Below, piece after piece: positions 47,216 through 61,524 of a DNA stretch of 64,000 nucleotides. This stretch comes from an uncultured delta proteobacterium (GTDB taxonomy: Bacteria > Myxococcota > Myxococcia > Myxococcales > Myxococcaceae), in assembly GCA_963713045.1 (NCBI GenBank), contig CAVQKE010000003.1:1-64000 (forward strand). The letters run 5' to 3'. The translations under genes and the position numbers were made by a program. How positions within the stretch are numbered: position 1 is the first letter of the stretch; each line of letters begins with the position of its first letter. The notes beneath the pieces are model-generated. The model was not told the origin of the DNA. It worked only from the letters and a program-made list of their open reading frames with translations, and searched no databases.

Positions 47216-47774
47216 GAATTGAAGAAGGACTCGTGAATGCACTCATCTACCCAATCTGAGACTCTGCGGTACAGGAATTATGACGACCCCCGGAAAGCCA
47301 GGGCAATCCGCGATCTGTTCCGCCGGTGGTGGCGCGCACACCCAGCATTCAATTGCAATTTAAAACGAGCTCATAGGCGGCAGGGCGGCTAGAAGTTCGT
47401 TAAGGTACAAAGTCCCGAGACCGATGCAAGCCGCGCTTAGACAACGCCGGCCGAAAAAGGGCGCCCATGTTTTTGCACTTGGTGAGTGCGCGGATGAGGC
47501 TACCTTTCCGGAGCGCCCGGCGATTTGATGCGCCAGGCCACTTCTCAGTGGAAAAAACAAACCTCATGGAAGCTATAGCTTACTGAGTGCGGCCTAGCCG
47601 TCGTGCGCAGCGTTTCTGTGACAGTCCCGCTTTGCCTTGAGGCCACACCGAACGAAAACAGGTGCTCGATAGTACTCGTTGCCCTTGCCCAGGTATCAGA
47701 CCCGAGGGCAATTTACTCGGGCGCCCATTTGATGCGCTACGACTTGTCAGGTGAAAGAAACAAACTGCATGGAA

Positions 47775-48029
47775 TCAAGACCTTACCGTACGACGCCGCA
47801 GAGACTGACATCGGTGTGCTGATCGGTGATCCTCCAGCGCGATTCTGGACTGATCACATTCGATGCGGCGTTGCTCGGTTTCGATAAAGGCCTGATCAGA
47901 TGTTGATTCTTGTTGCTCCCTCAGGGCGCTGACGGCGTTCTGAAAAGCTTCCACCGCGATCCGGTAGTCATTCGCCAAGCGCTGGCGCTTCGGACAAATC
48001 ACGGCAATATCATAGACCTGGCCCGTCAC
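47775..48029 (-). CDS. Small helical hypothetical protein
   Basis: CPKRQRLANDYRIAVEAFQNAVSAL...ECDQSRIALEDHRSAHRC, a pattern I recall from small acidobacterial proteins. Confidence 0.6.
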   Translation of the reverse strand: MTGQVYDIAVICPKRQRLANDYRIAVEAFQNAVSALREQQESTSDQAFIETEQRRIECDQSRIALEDHRSAHRCQSLRRRTVRS

Positions 48030-48038
48030 GCTTCAGCG

Positions 48039-48242
48039 TTACAAATGTTCCGTGGCCATGCCGAGTGGATAATGCGCCGCGGCGGGCCGCTGCTCGCTCA
48101 TGGCGCAACCGGCGTGGCGACAGTTGCAGGAAAGCTCGATGGTGTCTTTTGCATCTTCACAATATTGGCTGCAGTATTTTGTGCCCTTGGCAACCCGGCA
48201 ATCGCATGCTGGATGTTCACATTTCACTGTCTCTTCGCGCAT
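48039..48242 (-). CDS. Bacterial metallothionein-like protein (67 aa)
   Basis: GGAGG RBS; KCEHPACDC...KYCSQYC...SCNCRHAGC pattern as in BmtA/SmtA-type metallothioneins. Confidence 0.75.
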   Translation of the reverse strand: MREETVKCEHPACDCRVAKGTKYCSQYCEDAKDTIELSCNCRHAGCAMSEQRPAAAHYPLGMATEHL

Positions 48243-48329
48243 AGGGAATTCCTCCATCAATGCAGACTCGCATCTTGCGTTCCAGGCTCACCGAATCTCC
48301 AGAACTTCCACTGGTGTTTTGCTTGCCGA

Positions 48330-48573
48330 CTATCCAGCGGCGTTCGACGAAAGCCACGGCCATCCCGCCCGCGCTGCATTGGCAGTGGACGAACCGTCAA
48401 GCAGATACTGAAAGTTCACGGTGTATGCCTTGCCAGCCCAGTGTACGTAAGCCAAGCCCAACGCAACCGCGCCGGTTTCGTATTCTACGGGTTGCACCTG
48501 CTGGCTACGTGATCATCACTGCTGGAAATTCCTTCTCGATGGCCACCACGGGTTTCAACAGCAATGTCGTCAC
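48330..48573 (-). pseudogene. Paralog of 18063-18281 with an in-frame stop and an indel
   Basis: MTTLLLKPVVAIEKEFPAVMIT*PAGAT...AYVHWAGKAYTVNFQYLLDGSSTANAAR. Confidence 0.6.
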
Positions 48574-49111
48574 GTGGGTCTAAGCATACCGCCAGCGGCG
48601 CGACCGAACAAAATTTCCTGATTCGGCAAACTAACCTTGAAGCTACAGCCTGGCCAAGCCGTTTGGCTGGGGGCGCGTTCAGTCTTGTTGCGCGATTGGA
48701 GGGATAGTCTTTTCGTGACATGCATGTATGCGAGACATACCTGCCAAGAAACGTCCGGAGAATAGCTGTGCTGTTGGGAAACGGAATGGTTCTCAGGAGC
48801 CCTGGAAGCCGAGCGGTCGGGTTTATCGAGTCAGGCAGCATCGAGCGCAGACGGCCTACATGGTTTGACGGTTCGTGACCAGAACGGTGCGATCATCGAG
48901 GAGCTTTCCGGTAATCGGATTCGGAGCTGGGGAGACGTCGACCGGCTTTTTAGCTCGGAGTTTAGATGGCGCGGAACCCAATAGCGCGGCGATTCGGCCT
49001 TGATGAGGTAGGCACGGACAGGCCGCCCCGGGGGCGCGCCGCCGCTAAGCCGCTCATAGCGTGGCGTTGTTCTTGCCAGATGCAAGTCTAAGAAGATGGG
49101 GCTTAGGAAGT

Positions 49112-49163
49112 GCGCTGGCCACGAACCAGGAGGCCGCACGTTCGAGTCGTGCCGGGCGCACCA
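49112..49163 (+). tRNA. 3' half of tRNA-Arg(ACG) (fragment, att-like remnant)
   Basis: Anticodon arm CTGG-CCACGAA-CCAG, T arm GCACG-TTCGAGT-CGTGC, acceptor 3' strand CGGGCGC-A-CCA; no GCGCCCG 5' strand or D arm upstream. Confidence 0.75.
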
Positions 49164-49697
49164 TAAGCCCAAAGCAGCAAACATTTACCGAGCTCCATCG
49201 GGGAGTTGGGAGAGCGACTTGACCTTCTGGCCTCTACTCAGACGATCAGGCCTATGGCGACGTTCAAGCCTGCTGATTCGCGATATTTTTATCGATTTAG
49301 CCACCAAGTCGTGGAGTCCGGCGGCGTACAAGCCGACCGACACGGTGATGGCTACCCAGGCTGAACTGGTGGAGATTCTGCAGGTCGGTCTGCCTCACCG
49401 CAGGCGGCACTAAGAACGATACGTGCCGCTACTATGCTCCTCTGTTCCGAACCGTAATGCGTACGGCGAGGCCAGTACGTAGAATTCGTGATGTTCTGTC
49501 CTGTCGCAGTGGATGACCTTTGACAGGTTATTCTCCAGGGTTTATCGGTGCAATTCCTCGAGACTAACTTGGGTTGAACAAACTTAGGCATTAAGGCCTG
49601 TACCAAAGTGGCGGGCCGTTTCCCCGAGACCAGCTTGGATTTGAACAACTTAGCATTAGGAACGAGAATTGCTTTCCAGTTCGTGGAGGAAGAATAT

Positions 49698-49937
49698 ATG
49701 AAGAAAGTTGTTATCGGTTTGTTACTAATGAGTTGTTTGGGGATGGCTGCCACTAAACATCCTGAAGGCGCAGTACGACCTCAGAAGCGCATGGCTTGGT
49801 GGACCCAGCTTGCCCTAAGTACGCAATCGCCGCGGGTCAAATTGTCGAAGCAAAGCCACTATCAGACGCCAGAGCCAGGCTATCGCATTGTGAGCAGCAA
49901 GGACACCATCAACGCCTATGTTCCCTACGGAAAGTAG
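49698..49937 (+). CDS. Small secreted hypothetical protein (79 aa)
   Basis: GGAGGA RBS; MKKVVIGLLLMSCLGMAA signal peptide. Confidence 0.6.
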   Translation: MKKVVIGLLLMSCLGMAATKHPEGAVRPQKRMAWWTQLALSTQSPRVKLSKQSHYQTPEPGYRIVSSKDTINAYVPYGK

Positions 49938-50668
49938 GCTTGTCCCAACGCGGCAGCCCTGGCGCCGAACCACCCAGGGCTGCCGACTCCTCGCGCGTTA
50001 GCATAAATGACTCTGATGCGAAAGCCGAAGAAATTCGATCAGAAAAACCGGAGTGCGACGGCTGGCGCGAGCACGTGGTATTTCAGAACCCGTTCTGATG
50101 GATTTCTCTACCTGTTCAAAGCTACCTTTCTTCAATTCCAAGTTGGACGACTTTTCTACAACCGACACCTTGAACTAGCCCCGGACTCCCGTGCTGGAAA
50201 ACCGACGTGGCAGCGAACTCCGACGATCTCAACCACGCGGCTCCTAGAGATTGCAAAGGGTGGGGCAGAATAGCGAGAGCTAACGCGCGGTATTTTTAAC
50301 CTACTGCCCCCGACTACTTTCTCCGCTTCGACCAGTGTGCCTTCATCCTTCGGGATCCCGCTTCCTCGCAGCCGGGGGACATTGCATTTCGTTTGTGATT
50401 CGCCTCTTCGCACGCCGGCCCGGCTTCGCACTTGGCCCTCACAGCTGAGGCAGCCGGTCACCGCGAAAAGGCGCTGGCGTTTGCTCGACGCGTCCTGGCG
50501 CCTCAAATATTACACACCTTCGGGTAGCTTCCAGCTTCGTTCAGACCACAGCCTAGCCAAACATTTTCTCTGCCTTCTCGTGTGAGGGCGGCATCTAGAA
50601 AAATAAGCGCTAATCCTTTCGTCTTGTACCAACGTTCTTAGCCCGACACCCGTGGAGGAGGTAGTCGC

Positions 50669-53583
<2,915 letters not shown>

Positions 53584-53606
53584 TGCAGATTTGTATGCGT
53601 TCGCTC

Positions 53607-54799
53607 ATGCAAGACTATGCCTTAGTATTGAACGCTGGTTCATCCAGCCTGAAGTTCGGAGTTTGCTGGAGACCTGAGGCGGAAGATTGGCGTTTGGAAT
53701 CACAGGGCCAGATCGAAGGTATCGGGACTTCACCGCGAATTTCCGCAAAGGATGCAGCGGGACGAATCCTAATCGATCAGAAGCTCGAAAAGGTGGATGA
53801 CGGCCTCGATGCACTCGAGGCAGTTGCTAAGTGGTTCAGAACCAAATACCGCGAGGCGAAAGTAGTTGGCGTCGGGCACCGAGTCGTGCATGGCGGCGCG
53901 CAGTATACTGGCCCAACAGTCGTGACACCGCAGGTCCTTGCGCAACTCTATCGTCTGGTGCCGTTGCCCCATTGCATCAGCCGTACAATTTGGCAGCGAT
54001 TGAAGCGGTCTCCGAACGATTCCCCGATGTGCCGCAAATTGCCTGTTTCGACACAAGTTTTCACCAGAGCCAATCACGAGTTGCGAAATTGATCCCGCTG
54101 CCACGAGAAATCTGCGGCTCCGTAGTGCAGCGATACGGTTTTCATGGCTTATCGTACGAATATGTCGCATCTGTGCTGCCGCGCGTGGCGCCTGAGATCG
54201 CCGGCGGGCGCATCATCGTCGCCCATCTTGGAAGCGGCGCCAGCGTCTGCGCCTTGAAGGATGGAAAGAGCATCGATAGCAGTCTTGGGTTCACCGCGCT
54301 AGAAGGGCTCTGCATGGGCACGAGACCAGGAACGTTGGATCCCGGCGTAGTTCTATACCTCTTCCAAAACTTGAGACTCTCCGTCAAGGAAGTGGAAACG
54401 ATCCTCTACCAAAAGTCTGGCTTGCTCGGTATTTCTGGTATCAGCAGCGACATGCGCGATCTTCTCCACAGTCGCGCGCCGAGGGCAAGGTTGGCGGTGG
54501 ACTATTTTGTATATCGCGCCGTCAAAGAAATTGGCGCCCTCGCAGCGGTGTTGGGCGGCCTGGACGGACTAGTATTCACGGCCGGCATCGGAGAGTACTC
54601 CACTGAAATCCGCCAGCGAATCTGCGAGTCTTGCGCCTGGCTTGGCTTCGAACTCGACGCAGAGGCCAATGCCCGCAATGGTCCCCGGATCTCAGACCCC
54701 TCCAGTAAGGTGTCCGTATGGGTGATTCCGACCAATGAGGAACTGATGATTGCAAGAAAAATGGGAATGCTGCTTGGATTGGTTGCAGCCAAATCATAG
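53607..54799 (+). CDS. ackA: Acetate/propionate kinase (frameshift near 53970)
   Basis: [79 protein letters not shown]. Confidence 0.93.
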
Positions 54800-54874
54800 C
54801 ATCGATCGGAACGTTGAAGGGTTACAAACCCTGAGCGCCCCCGCGAGCAGAAATGCCCCTGTTTCCGAGGAAAT

Positions 54875-55687
54875 GTGCACCCCACCGAGCCTCCTCTTCT
54901 AGTGTTCGCCGTCTCATTCCTGCTGCTGTGGGTGTCCGAGCGGGTAGGCTCCAAACTCAGAAATCGAATTGAGGAGGTTCACGAGGACTTTGGTGTCATC
55001 TTGACGGCGACACTCACGTTATTGGGCCTAATTGTGGGTTTTGCCTTCTCGATGGCGGTAAGCCGCTACGATCAGAGAAAGCTGTACGAAGCGGAGGAGG
55101 CCAATGCAATTGGTACTGAATACCTTCGATTGGACTTGCTCCCAGCTTCAGACGACGAAAAGTTGAGGCTTCTGCTCCGGGAATATCTTGACCAACGAAT
55201 CCTGTTTTACCAAACACGGAATCGAGAGCGGCTTCAACGCATCGATGACGCGACTGCTCAACTGCAGAGCAAACTCTGGGCAAGTATAAGGACTCCTTCC
55301 TTAGCGCACCAGACAGTGATGACTTCGCTCGCAGTTTCAGGACTGAACAATGTTTTGGATTCGCAAGGGTATACAAAGGCTGCGTGGCGGAATCGGATTC
55401 CACTGGCGGCGTGGGCACTTATGGGAGTGATAGCTATCTCGGGGAATCTTATGGTAGGCCTGTATCTCCGGCACCTCGGGTCACAGCGAAGGTTGCTCAT
55501 GGTGCTACCTGCGATTGTTTCGCTGTCGTTCCTTTTGATCGCAGACATTGATTCTCCGCGCGGCGGATTGATTCATGTTAAGCCAGAGAACCTGATAGGC
55601 GTCGCGGAATCATTGCACTCCGGCGCTTACCATGGAGAAATGCCCGTTCGTCAAGACGATGGAACAGGGCGCGCGGAGAAAAAATAA
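54875..55687 (+). CDS. DUF4239-like (bestrophin-like) membrane protein
   Basis: TLLGLIVGFAFSMAVSRYDQRK..EAEEANAIGTEYLR, LLIADIDSPRGGLIHV. Confidence 0.8.
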   Translation: MHPTEPPLLVFAVSFLLLWVSERVGSKLRNRIEEVHEDFGVILTATLTLLGLIVGFAFSMAVSRYDQRKLYEAEEANAIGTEYLRLDLLPASDDEKLRLLLREYLDQRILFYQTRNRERLQRIDDATAQLQSKLWASIRTPSLAHQTVMTSLAVSGLNNVLDSQGYTKAAWRNRIPLAAWALMGVIAISGNLMVGLYLRHLGSQRRLLMVLPAIVSLSFLLIADIDSPRGGLIHVKPENLIGVAESLHSGAYHGEMPVRQDDGTGRAEKK

Positions 55688-55990
55688 TTCGTGGCGGTCC
55701 CCTGACCTTCAGGGCTGCAAGCGCGCTCATGCCCATGAGCGCAAACGAAAAGGCTTCTGATCTTTCCCCTGTCTTTCAGACGGCCAACAAGCCGCTGTTT
55801 TCGGCCTGTCAATTAGTCGCCATGCAGTCCGTTAAGGGCACACGAGCAGCGGTCGGGCGGCCGCCGCATCCATTCGACGTGCGAAGTCGCCGCACTGTGA
55901 TCTAAACTGTCGAAGCGGTGTAGGATAGCCGGTTAGCTAAGCTAAACGGCGACATACAGTTTCGACGAAGCGCCACGGAGGCTCCATTCC

Positions 55991-58900
55991 ATGCTGGACC
56001 ACAAATCGGAATCCTGGTTCTATCCCAAGGCAACTGGCAACGTAGGCCGCGACCGCAACGCCAGAACTCTCCAATTCTCATTTCTGCTGTTCGCTTCTGC
56101 TTTGGGGATCGTCGCGGTCTTGGACGCGATTTCAGGAGAACCGTTTCCATTTCCAATTCTGGTTTCGGCGGTCGGCTTAGTCGCCGCCACGGCAATGAAT
56201 CGTGCGGGGAGGTCGGCGTGGGCTGGGCGAACCGCCATTTTGGCCATGATGTTGGGCGCAATTTTGCTAGTTTTCGAAGCGCATGACGGATTCCGCAGTC
56301 ACGCGATGCTCGTTTTTCCGGGGTTGCTGCTCATTTCTGTGATGTTGCTGGATCGCCTGTCCTACCTCGCGACAGGGGGTATCATCCTGTTGGCTGTTGC
56401 GGCACTGGGGATTGCCGACAAACAGGGACTGACCCGAGCCCAACCAGGGATTCGCACTCCCACAAGCTACGATTCCATCTTTAATGTCGAGCTAACTCTA
56501 GCGGTATTCGCCATGATCGGGACCAGGATCGTCAACGACGTCCAGAGGAACGTGTTCGATCTCCGTGCCAGCGTTGAGCAGTTGTCTGCCGCGAACCTCG
56601 AATTGACGAAGACCGCCGAGGCACTGCGCGAAAGCGAAGAGCGATTCCGAAGCATGGCCGATTCGGCGCCGGTGATGATCTGGGTATCCGGTCTGGACAA
56701 GGTTTGTACGTTCTTTAACAAGCCCTGGCTCGATTTTACGGGCCGAACCATGGACCAAGAAGTGGGCAACGGGTGGGCTAAGGGCGTGCATCAGGACGAC
56801 GTAGACCGTTATCTTGAGATTTACAATTCATCATTTCACGGGCGCCGCTCGTTTCAGATGGATTACCGGTTGCGACGTGCCGACGGAGAATACCGCTCGG
56901 TGTTGGATCACGGCACGCCGCTATACCGCGCAGGAGAATTTGCAGGGTTCATCGGCTCTTGTATCGACATGACCGAACAGAAGCTCCTGGCCGATCGACT
57001 CCATGATCAAACCGTGCAGTTAAGGGATGCGCAGCGCCTCGCGAACATCGGCAGTTGGGAACGACACGATGAATCCAACACGATCGATTGGTCTGAGGAG
57101 ATGTTTCGGATCTTCGGGGTATCGGGCAGCCCACCCGCCGACGTGGCGGATTTCGTAAGACTTGTGCACCCGAAAGACCAGGAAAAGGTCTTGAATAGCG
57201 TCAATGAGGTTTATTCGAGCGTTGTACCTGTAGAACTGTCCTACCGAATCATCCGGCCAGATGGCGAAGTTCATTACGTTCGCACGATCGTTCAAGCGAT
57301 CAGAAGTGATCGAGGTGCACCCGTTCGCCTCGTAGGTGCAGTTCAGGATATTACGGAGCAGGTCAAGACATTCGACCTTTTGCGCGAGAGCGAACAGCGC
57401 TTAAAGACTGCAGAGCACATTGCGCACTTAGGTCATTGGACTTGGGATCTCGATAGCCATCACGTTTCCTGGTCCGAGGAAATGTTTCATATTTTCGGGC
57501 AGCCATCAGATTACACACCTAGCTATGACGGATTTTTCGAAGCGCTCATACCGCAAGACAGGGAGCGGTTACGCCGGGAGGTAAGAGATGCTCTTGCGGA
57601 CCATAGCGTTTTGACTAGCGAGGCTCAAATTGTCCGACCCAATGGCGAGCTGCGTACGATTACATTCATTTCCGAAGCTGTGTTCGATGAGGAGGGCAAC
57701 CTCACGGGAATGTTTGGCGCCACTCAAGACACCACTGAAGTCAGGCGCGCGCAAAGAGCGGACTTCGCTAGGCAGAAGCTGGAGAGCGTAGGAGGGTTGG
57801 CAAGTGGTATTGCCCATGATTTCAACAACCTTTTGGGAAGCGTGCTAGTTCAAGCAGAAGTCGGGCTTAGGGGTCTCGTCGACGGTTCAAATCCCGTAGA
57901 AGAGCTGAAGACAATCCGGGATGTGGCGCTGCGTGGCTCTGAAATCGTCCGCGAGTTGATGATCTATGCGGGCAAGGAGAGCCCAACTGTTGAAACGGTG
58001 GACCTTTCAAACATTGTCAAGGAGATGCTTGAGCTGCTCAAGGTTTCCGTTTCTAAACCCGCAATGCTCGTAGCGGACCTCGGCAAAAATGTTCCCTCCG
58101 TCCGGGCCAATGCCGCACAGCTTCGGCAAATCGTGATGAACCTAGTAATAAATGCGTCCGACGCACTCGGAGACCAGGATGGAATCATCCGGCTGAGTAC
58201 GAGGTGCGTGAGGGTAGATGAGGACTCTGAGCCGGATGGTTTGGAAGCGGCCGACTACACGGTGTTAGAAGTCTCCGACACTGGTTCCGGTATCACACCG
58301 GAAACGCAAGGCAAGGTGTTCGATCCCTTCTTCACTACGAAATCCGCGGGTCATGGTCTCGGGCTCGCCATCGTGGATGGGATCGTGCGGAGTCTTCATG
58401 GTAGGATTCATCTTAATAGCGAGCTCGGGAAAGGTACTACATTTCAGATCTCGCTGCCATGCGCGGATAGCTATGTTGAGAGCGACAGTCACACCATTAC
58501 GGCCATCGAGGACTTTGGACCTCCACTTCGGTACGCCACTGTTCTGATCGTGGAAGACGAAGGTCCATTGCGCGAAGCTGTCGCGAAAATGCTTCGCAGG
58601 ACGGGCTTCGAGGTGTTCGATGTTGGTGACGGTTCGTCTGCGATCGATGTGCTTCGCGCCAATGCGACCAAGATTGATCTAATCCTGCTGGACATGACCA
58701 TCCCGGGTGCTTCAAGCCGTGAAGTTGTTGATGAAGCCGTGAAGGTCCGGCCGTACATAAAAGTGGTTCTGACCAGCGCTTACAGCGAAGACATGATCGC
58801 CGGAACGATAAACGCTCCGCAAATACGAGGTTTCATTCGCAAGCCGTTCCAACTCGGAGACCTTGTGAAAATGCTTCAGAATACTGTGGCCATGGCGTAA
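55991..58900 (+). CDS. Membrane-bound multi-PAS hybrid sensor histidine kinase (969 aa)
   Basis: Several N-terminal TM helices, three PAS domains, ASGIAHDFNNLL, QIVMNLVINASDA, DTGSGI, FDPFFTTK..GHGLGL, receiver VLIVEDE...LLDMTIPG...KPF. Confidence 0.95.
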   Translation: MLDHKSESWFYPKATGNVGRDRNARTLQFSFLLFASALGIVAVLDAISGEPFPFPILVSAVGLVAATAMNRAGRSAWAGRTAILAMMLGAILLVFEAHDGFRSHAMLVFPGLLLISVMLLDRLSYLATGGIILLAVAALGIADKQGLTRAQPGIRTPTSYDSIFNVELTLAVFAMIGTRIVNDVQRNVFDLRASVEQLSAANLELTKTAEALRESEERFRSMADSAPVMIWVSGLDKVCTFFNKPWLDFTGRTMDQEVGNGWAKGVHQDDVDRYLEIYNSSFHGRRSFQMDYRLRRADGEYRSVLDHGTPLYRAGEFAGFIGSCIDMTEQKLLADRLHDQTVQLRDAQRLANIGSWERHDESNTIDWSEEMFRIFGVSGSPPADVADFVRLVHPKDQEKVLNSVNEVYSSVVPVELSYRIIRPDGEVHYVRTIVQAIRSDRGAPVRLVGAVQDITEQVKTFDLLRESEQRLKTAEHIAHLGHWTWDLDSHHVSWSEEMFHIFGQPSDYTPSYDGFFEALIPQDRERLRREVRDALADHSVLTSEAQIVRPNGELRTITFISEAVFDEEGNLTGMFGATQDTTEVRRAQRADFARQKLESVGGLASGIAHDFNNLLGSVLVQAEVGLRGLVDGSNPVEELKTIRDVALRGSEIVRELMIYAGKESPTVETVDLSNIVKEMLELLKVSVSKPAMLVADLGKNVPSVRANAAQLRQIVMNLVINASDALGDQDGIIRLSTRCVRVDEDSEPDGLEAADYTVLEVSDTGSGITPETQGKVFDPFFTTKSAGHGLGLAIVDGIVRSLHGRIHLNSELGKGTTFQISLPCADSYVESDSHTITAIEDFGPPLRYATVLIVEDEGPLREAVAKMLRRTGFEVFDVGDGSSAIDVLRANATKIDLILLDMTIPGASSREVVDEAVKVRPYIKVVLTSAYSEDMIAGTINAPQIRGFIRKPFQLGDLVKMLQNTVAMA

Positions 58901-59117
58901 AGGTTATATCGCACCACAGGTGCTGTAATCGATTACTCAGGCCACAACTCGAGCGGTCGGTGGCTGACACGGTCTGGCATGAGTTCGCGCACTACTTCGG
59001 AATGGACGAAGGGCGAGTGTGCCGGGCGGAGCGGCAGAGGCGAAGTTAGTCCGGGTGGCATCCCTCAAACGGTTTTGGTTGCTTCCAATGGTCCGAGGCT
59101 ACACCACCGATGCCGAA

Positions 59118-59393
59118 CTATGACGCCTTTTTGTAAGCACTCCTTCCAGCATCAACAGCAGCCGAAAACTTGCTCACTTGGTGCTGAAACCCCTCTTTCC
59201 GACGTTCCACGGTTTTGACTGCCCGATTTCGCAGATGTTCGGCCCGACGCTTCAGCATGTCCGCGGTTTCGCGCGTCTTCGCTTGACAATAGGCTCGGGT
59301 GTTGGCCCCGGACTTCGGAGCAAAGAGCGTTGCGACGACGGTTCCAACTCCTAAACCGAGACAAAACGACCTGATCCGGTTCCACTCTTTCAT
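59118..59393 (-). CDS. YtxH-domain (general stress) protein
   Basis: FCLGLGVGTVVATLFAPKSGANTR...AAVDAGRSAYKK. Confidence 0.85.
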   Translation of the reverse strand: MKEWNRIRSFCLGLGVGTVVATLFAPKSGANTRAYCQAKTRETADMLKRRAEHLRNRAVKTVERRKEGFQHQVSKFSAAVDAGRSAYKKAS

Positions 59394-59978
59394 GTGTTTT
59401 TACTCCATTCGGAAGTTCTTGAAAAATGCCCATGGTTGATATTGACAGTCACCAAGAGAAAGGGCCCGCGGGGCGCCATCCTTGGTATCCGTACGGGCAG
59501 GCCGGTGAAAATATGAGCGGCCGAGCTTGATGTCTTGGATGCCTGGCACAGACTTGGCGCTAGAAGAAAAAATCATTGCCGAATCCTTGAACAACTGTTC
59601 TCGCGAAAATAACCGTTGATGCTGCTGCCTATTCGGTCCAGACTGATTCAAAGGGCATCTTCACAGTGGTGCTGGCCAGTAGCGAACTCTCCAACGCAGG
59701 AGTGGCGGCGCTGCATCACAGGTGTTAGAACATCGCCATGGCCCGAAAGGCTGAATTAACCTCGACCGTGCTGGTGGTAAAAGCAACACTTGGGACTTCT
59801 CCTAATTGCGAAGCTGGGACACCTGGCGTAAATCCGGCATCACAGTCTGGAACACCTGAGGTTGAAAAACTCATACCCGAAGGGGCGCGACCAGGTGCCT
59901 CGACCCGAAACCGAATGCAATGCGGTAGCTCGACGAGTCCACGAACTCCCGCAAGTTAGCATAGTCTTCGGGTTGGCC

Positions 59979-60416
59979 TTAGTGTACTTCTCCATTGTCG
60001 TCAGACTCAGGCGGGTGCCAGACCTGTGGGCCGCGACATACGGGCCCGTCGTCACATTGGCAACCCGCGATCGCTTTGCAGTTACGTCGGCAACTATGCT
60101 CCGGATGTTTCTCGTCCGGCTTCTGTATTACGTCGCAGTTCGACGGTAACTTGCCCAGGCAGGCCACATATTCCTCGTGTGTCTTGCTGGTGTCCCCGCA
60201 ATGCTTCACGCCGGCTTCTTGCTCTTCGGCCATCATTGCCGGACAGTGGCAATCATGTGGTGATCCAATACGGCAAATCCATCGGTCCTCCGGGTCGCGA
60301 GCTGGTGGCTGTTGCTCAGCTTTGGCGGGGTTCCTTGGCTTCGGGATCGATTGTTGCGCGGCCAGAATTACCGCCAAGCCGGCGAAGATTACGATAGAGT
60401 TGATGTTTCGGCTCAT
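59979..60416 (-). CDS. Secreted Cys-rich hypothetical protein (145 aa)
   Basis: GAGG RBS; signal peptide; 11 Cys including CHC, CRRNC and CQC. Confidence 0.65.
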   Translation of the reverse strand: MSRNINSIVIFAGLAVILAAQQSIPKPRNPAKAEQQPPARDPEDRWICRIGSPHDCHCPAMMAEEQEAGVKHCGDTSKTHEEYVACLGKLPSNCDVIQKPDEKHPEHSCRRNCKAIAGCQCDDGPVCRGPQVWHPPESDDNGEVH

Positions 60417-61277
60417 ATTCCTCGGGCCTTTCGCGGTCGGGAAGACACGGCGCACCACCGTCACCCAAAGGTCCTGTCCATCCAGCTGACGCCGTGTATT
60501 TGCGGCGGCATAATCGGTCCCAGGATGAACTCGGCAGCTATTCAGCTGTCAGCTGTTCACCTCCGGAGGCGGAAACTCAGCGGGCAATGCCGATTGCCTC
60601 TCGCAAGAGAACACCATGCCTTGCAGACCTCAAGACCCAAGGTACAGATTCTCGATTGTGTTACACCGCGGTATTGTTTTGTTCGGCTAACCGTGTTAGG
60701 GCCAACTGGAGAATGACTAAGGAAGAACCTCCAAGTCAGCTGACGATGCGAGATTAGGTTCCCTTGGTATGTCACTTGGCCTTCGTGGCAACTGTCGCCC
60801 TCGGAAGTCCAGTTGCGGCTCTTCGCCATGCTGCTGAGCACTGAAGGACATTTGGGAGTGCTTTCATGCTGGAATCCCACCGTTGCTTGCGAACAGCCTG
60901 GGTTAGTGCTTCTCCGCTCACATCCTTGTTTGGCGAGCAGATCATCGACCGCCGGATTAAGAACAACCGTCGTCTCCTTGGATGCAGTTCCCGTAGCAGA
61001 GATCTTTTTAGTGAAGCTTACTCGGACTCCCAGACGCCGGTCCAGCAGCCACATGTTGTCGACGTGCTTCTAAACGTTTTTTGGGCGATAGGTACGAAGC
61101 GACCGACTGTTCGAGGAATCGCCATAAGCACGGCACCAGCTTCTCGTCCGAAGGCGGATCTTTTCCCCTACCCATCCACGAACGCGGCCGGTTCACGGCA
61201 ATAGCGCTCTGGAACGAAAAATAATATGGAGTGGCGGCCGTTTATGGTAGAGGTTTCGCCGCCGGTCGCTTCTGCGC

Positions 61278-61416
61278 CATCGAACTGATCATGATTCTAC
61301 AATCGCTGCAATCGCTTCCGGGGTTTATCTATGATCGCGCCCGGTTCAACGACCAACTCGCCGAGCGGCGGATGGACTGTCGCCGCTGCGGCACCGTGGT
61401 CGTCGAAGGTGTTCCT
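61278..61416 (+). pseudogene. Internally deleted ISL3-like transposase N-terminal relic
   Basis: IL(N)[14 protein letters not shown] followed directly by [17 protein letters not shown]; both resemble ISL3 transposase N-terminal and zinc-finger segments (from recall). Confidence 0.5.
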
Positions 61417-61524
61417 ATTTATTGCGCCTCGCCACATTGGATTGCATCACCACTCTTGGAGAGCCAGCGCGGCCAGCGCCACGCTGACTTCTCCGATCGA
61501 GCAGCAGGGAGACTAGCAATCGAA

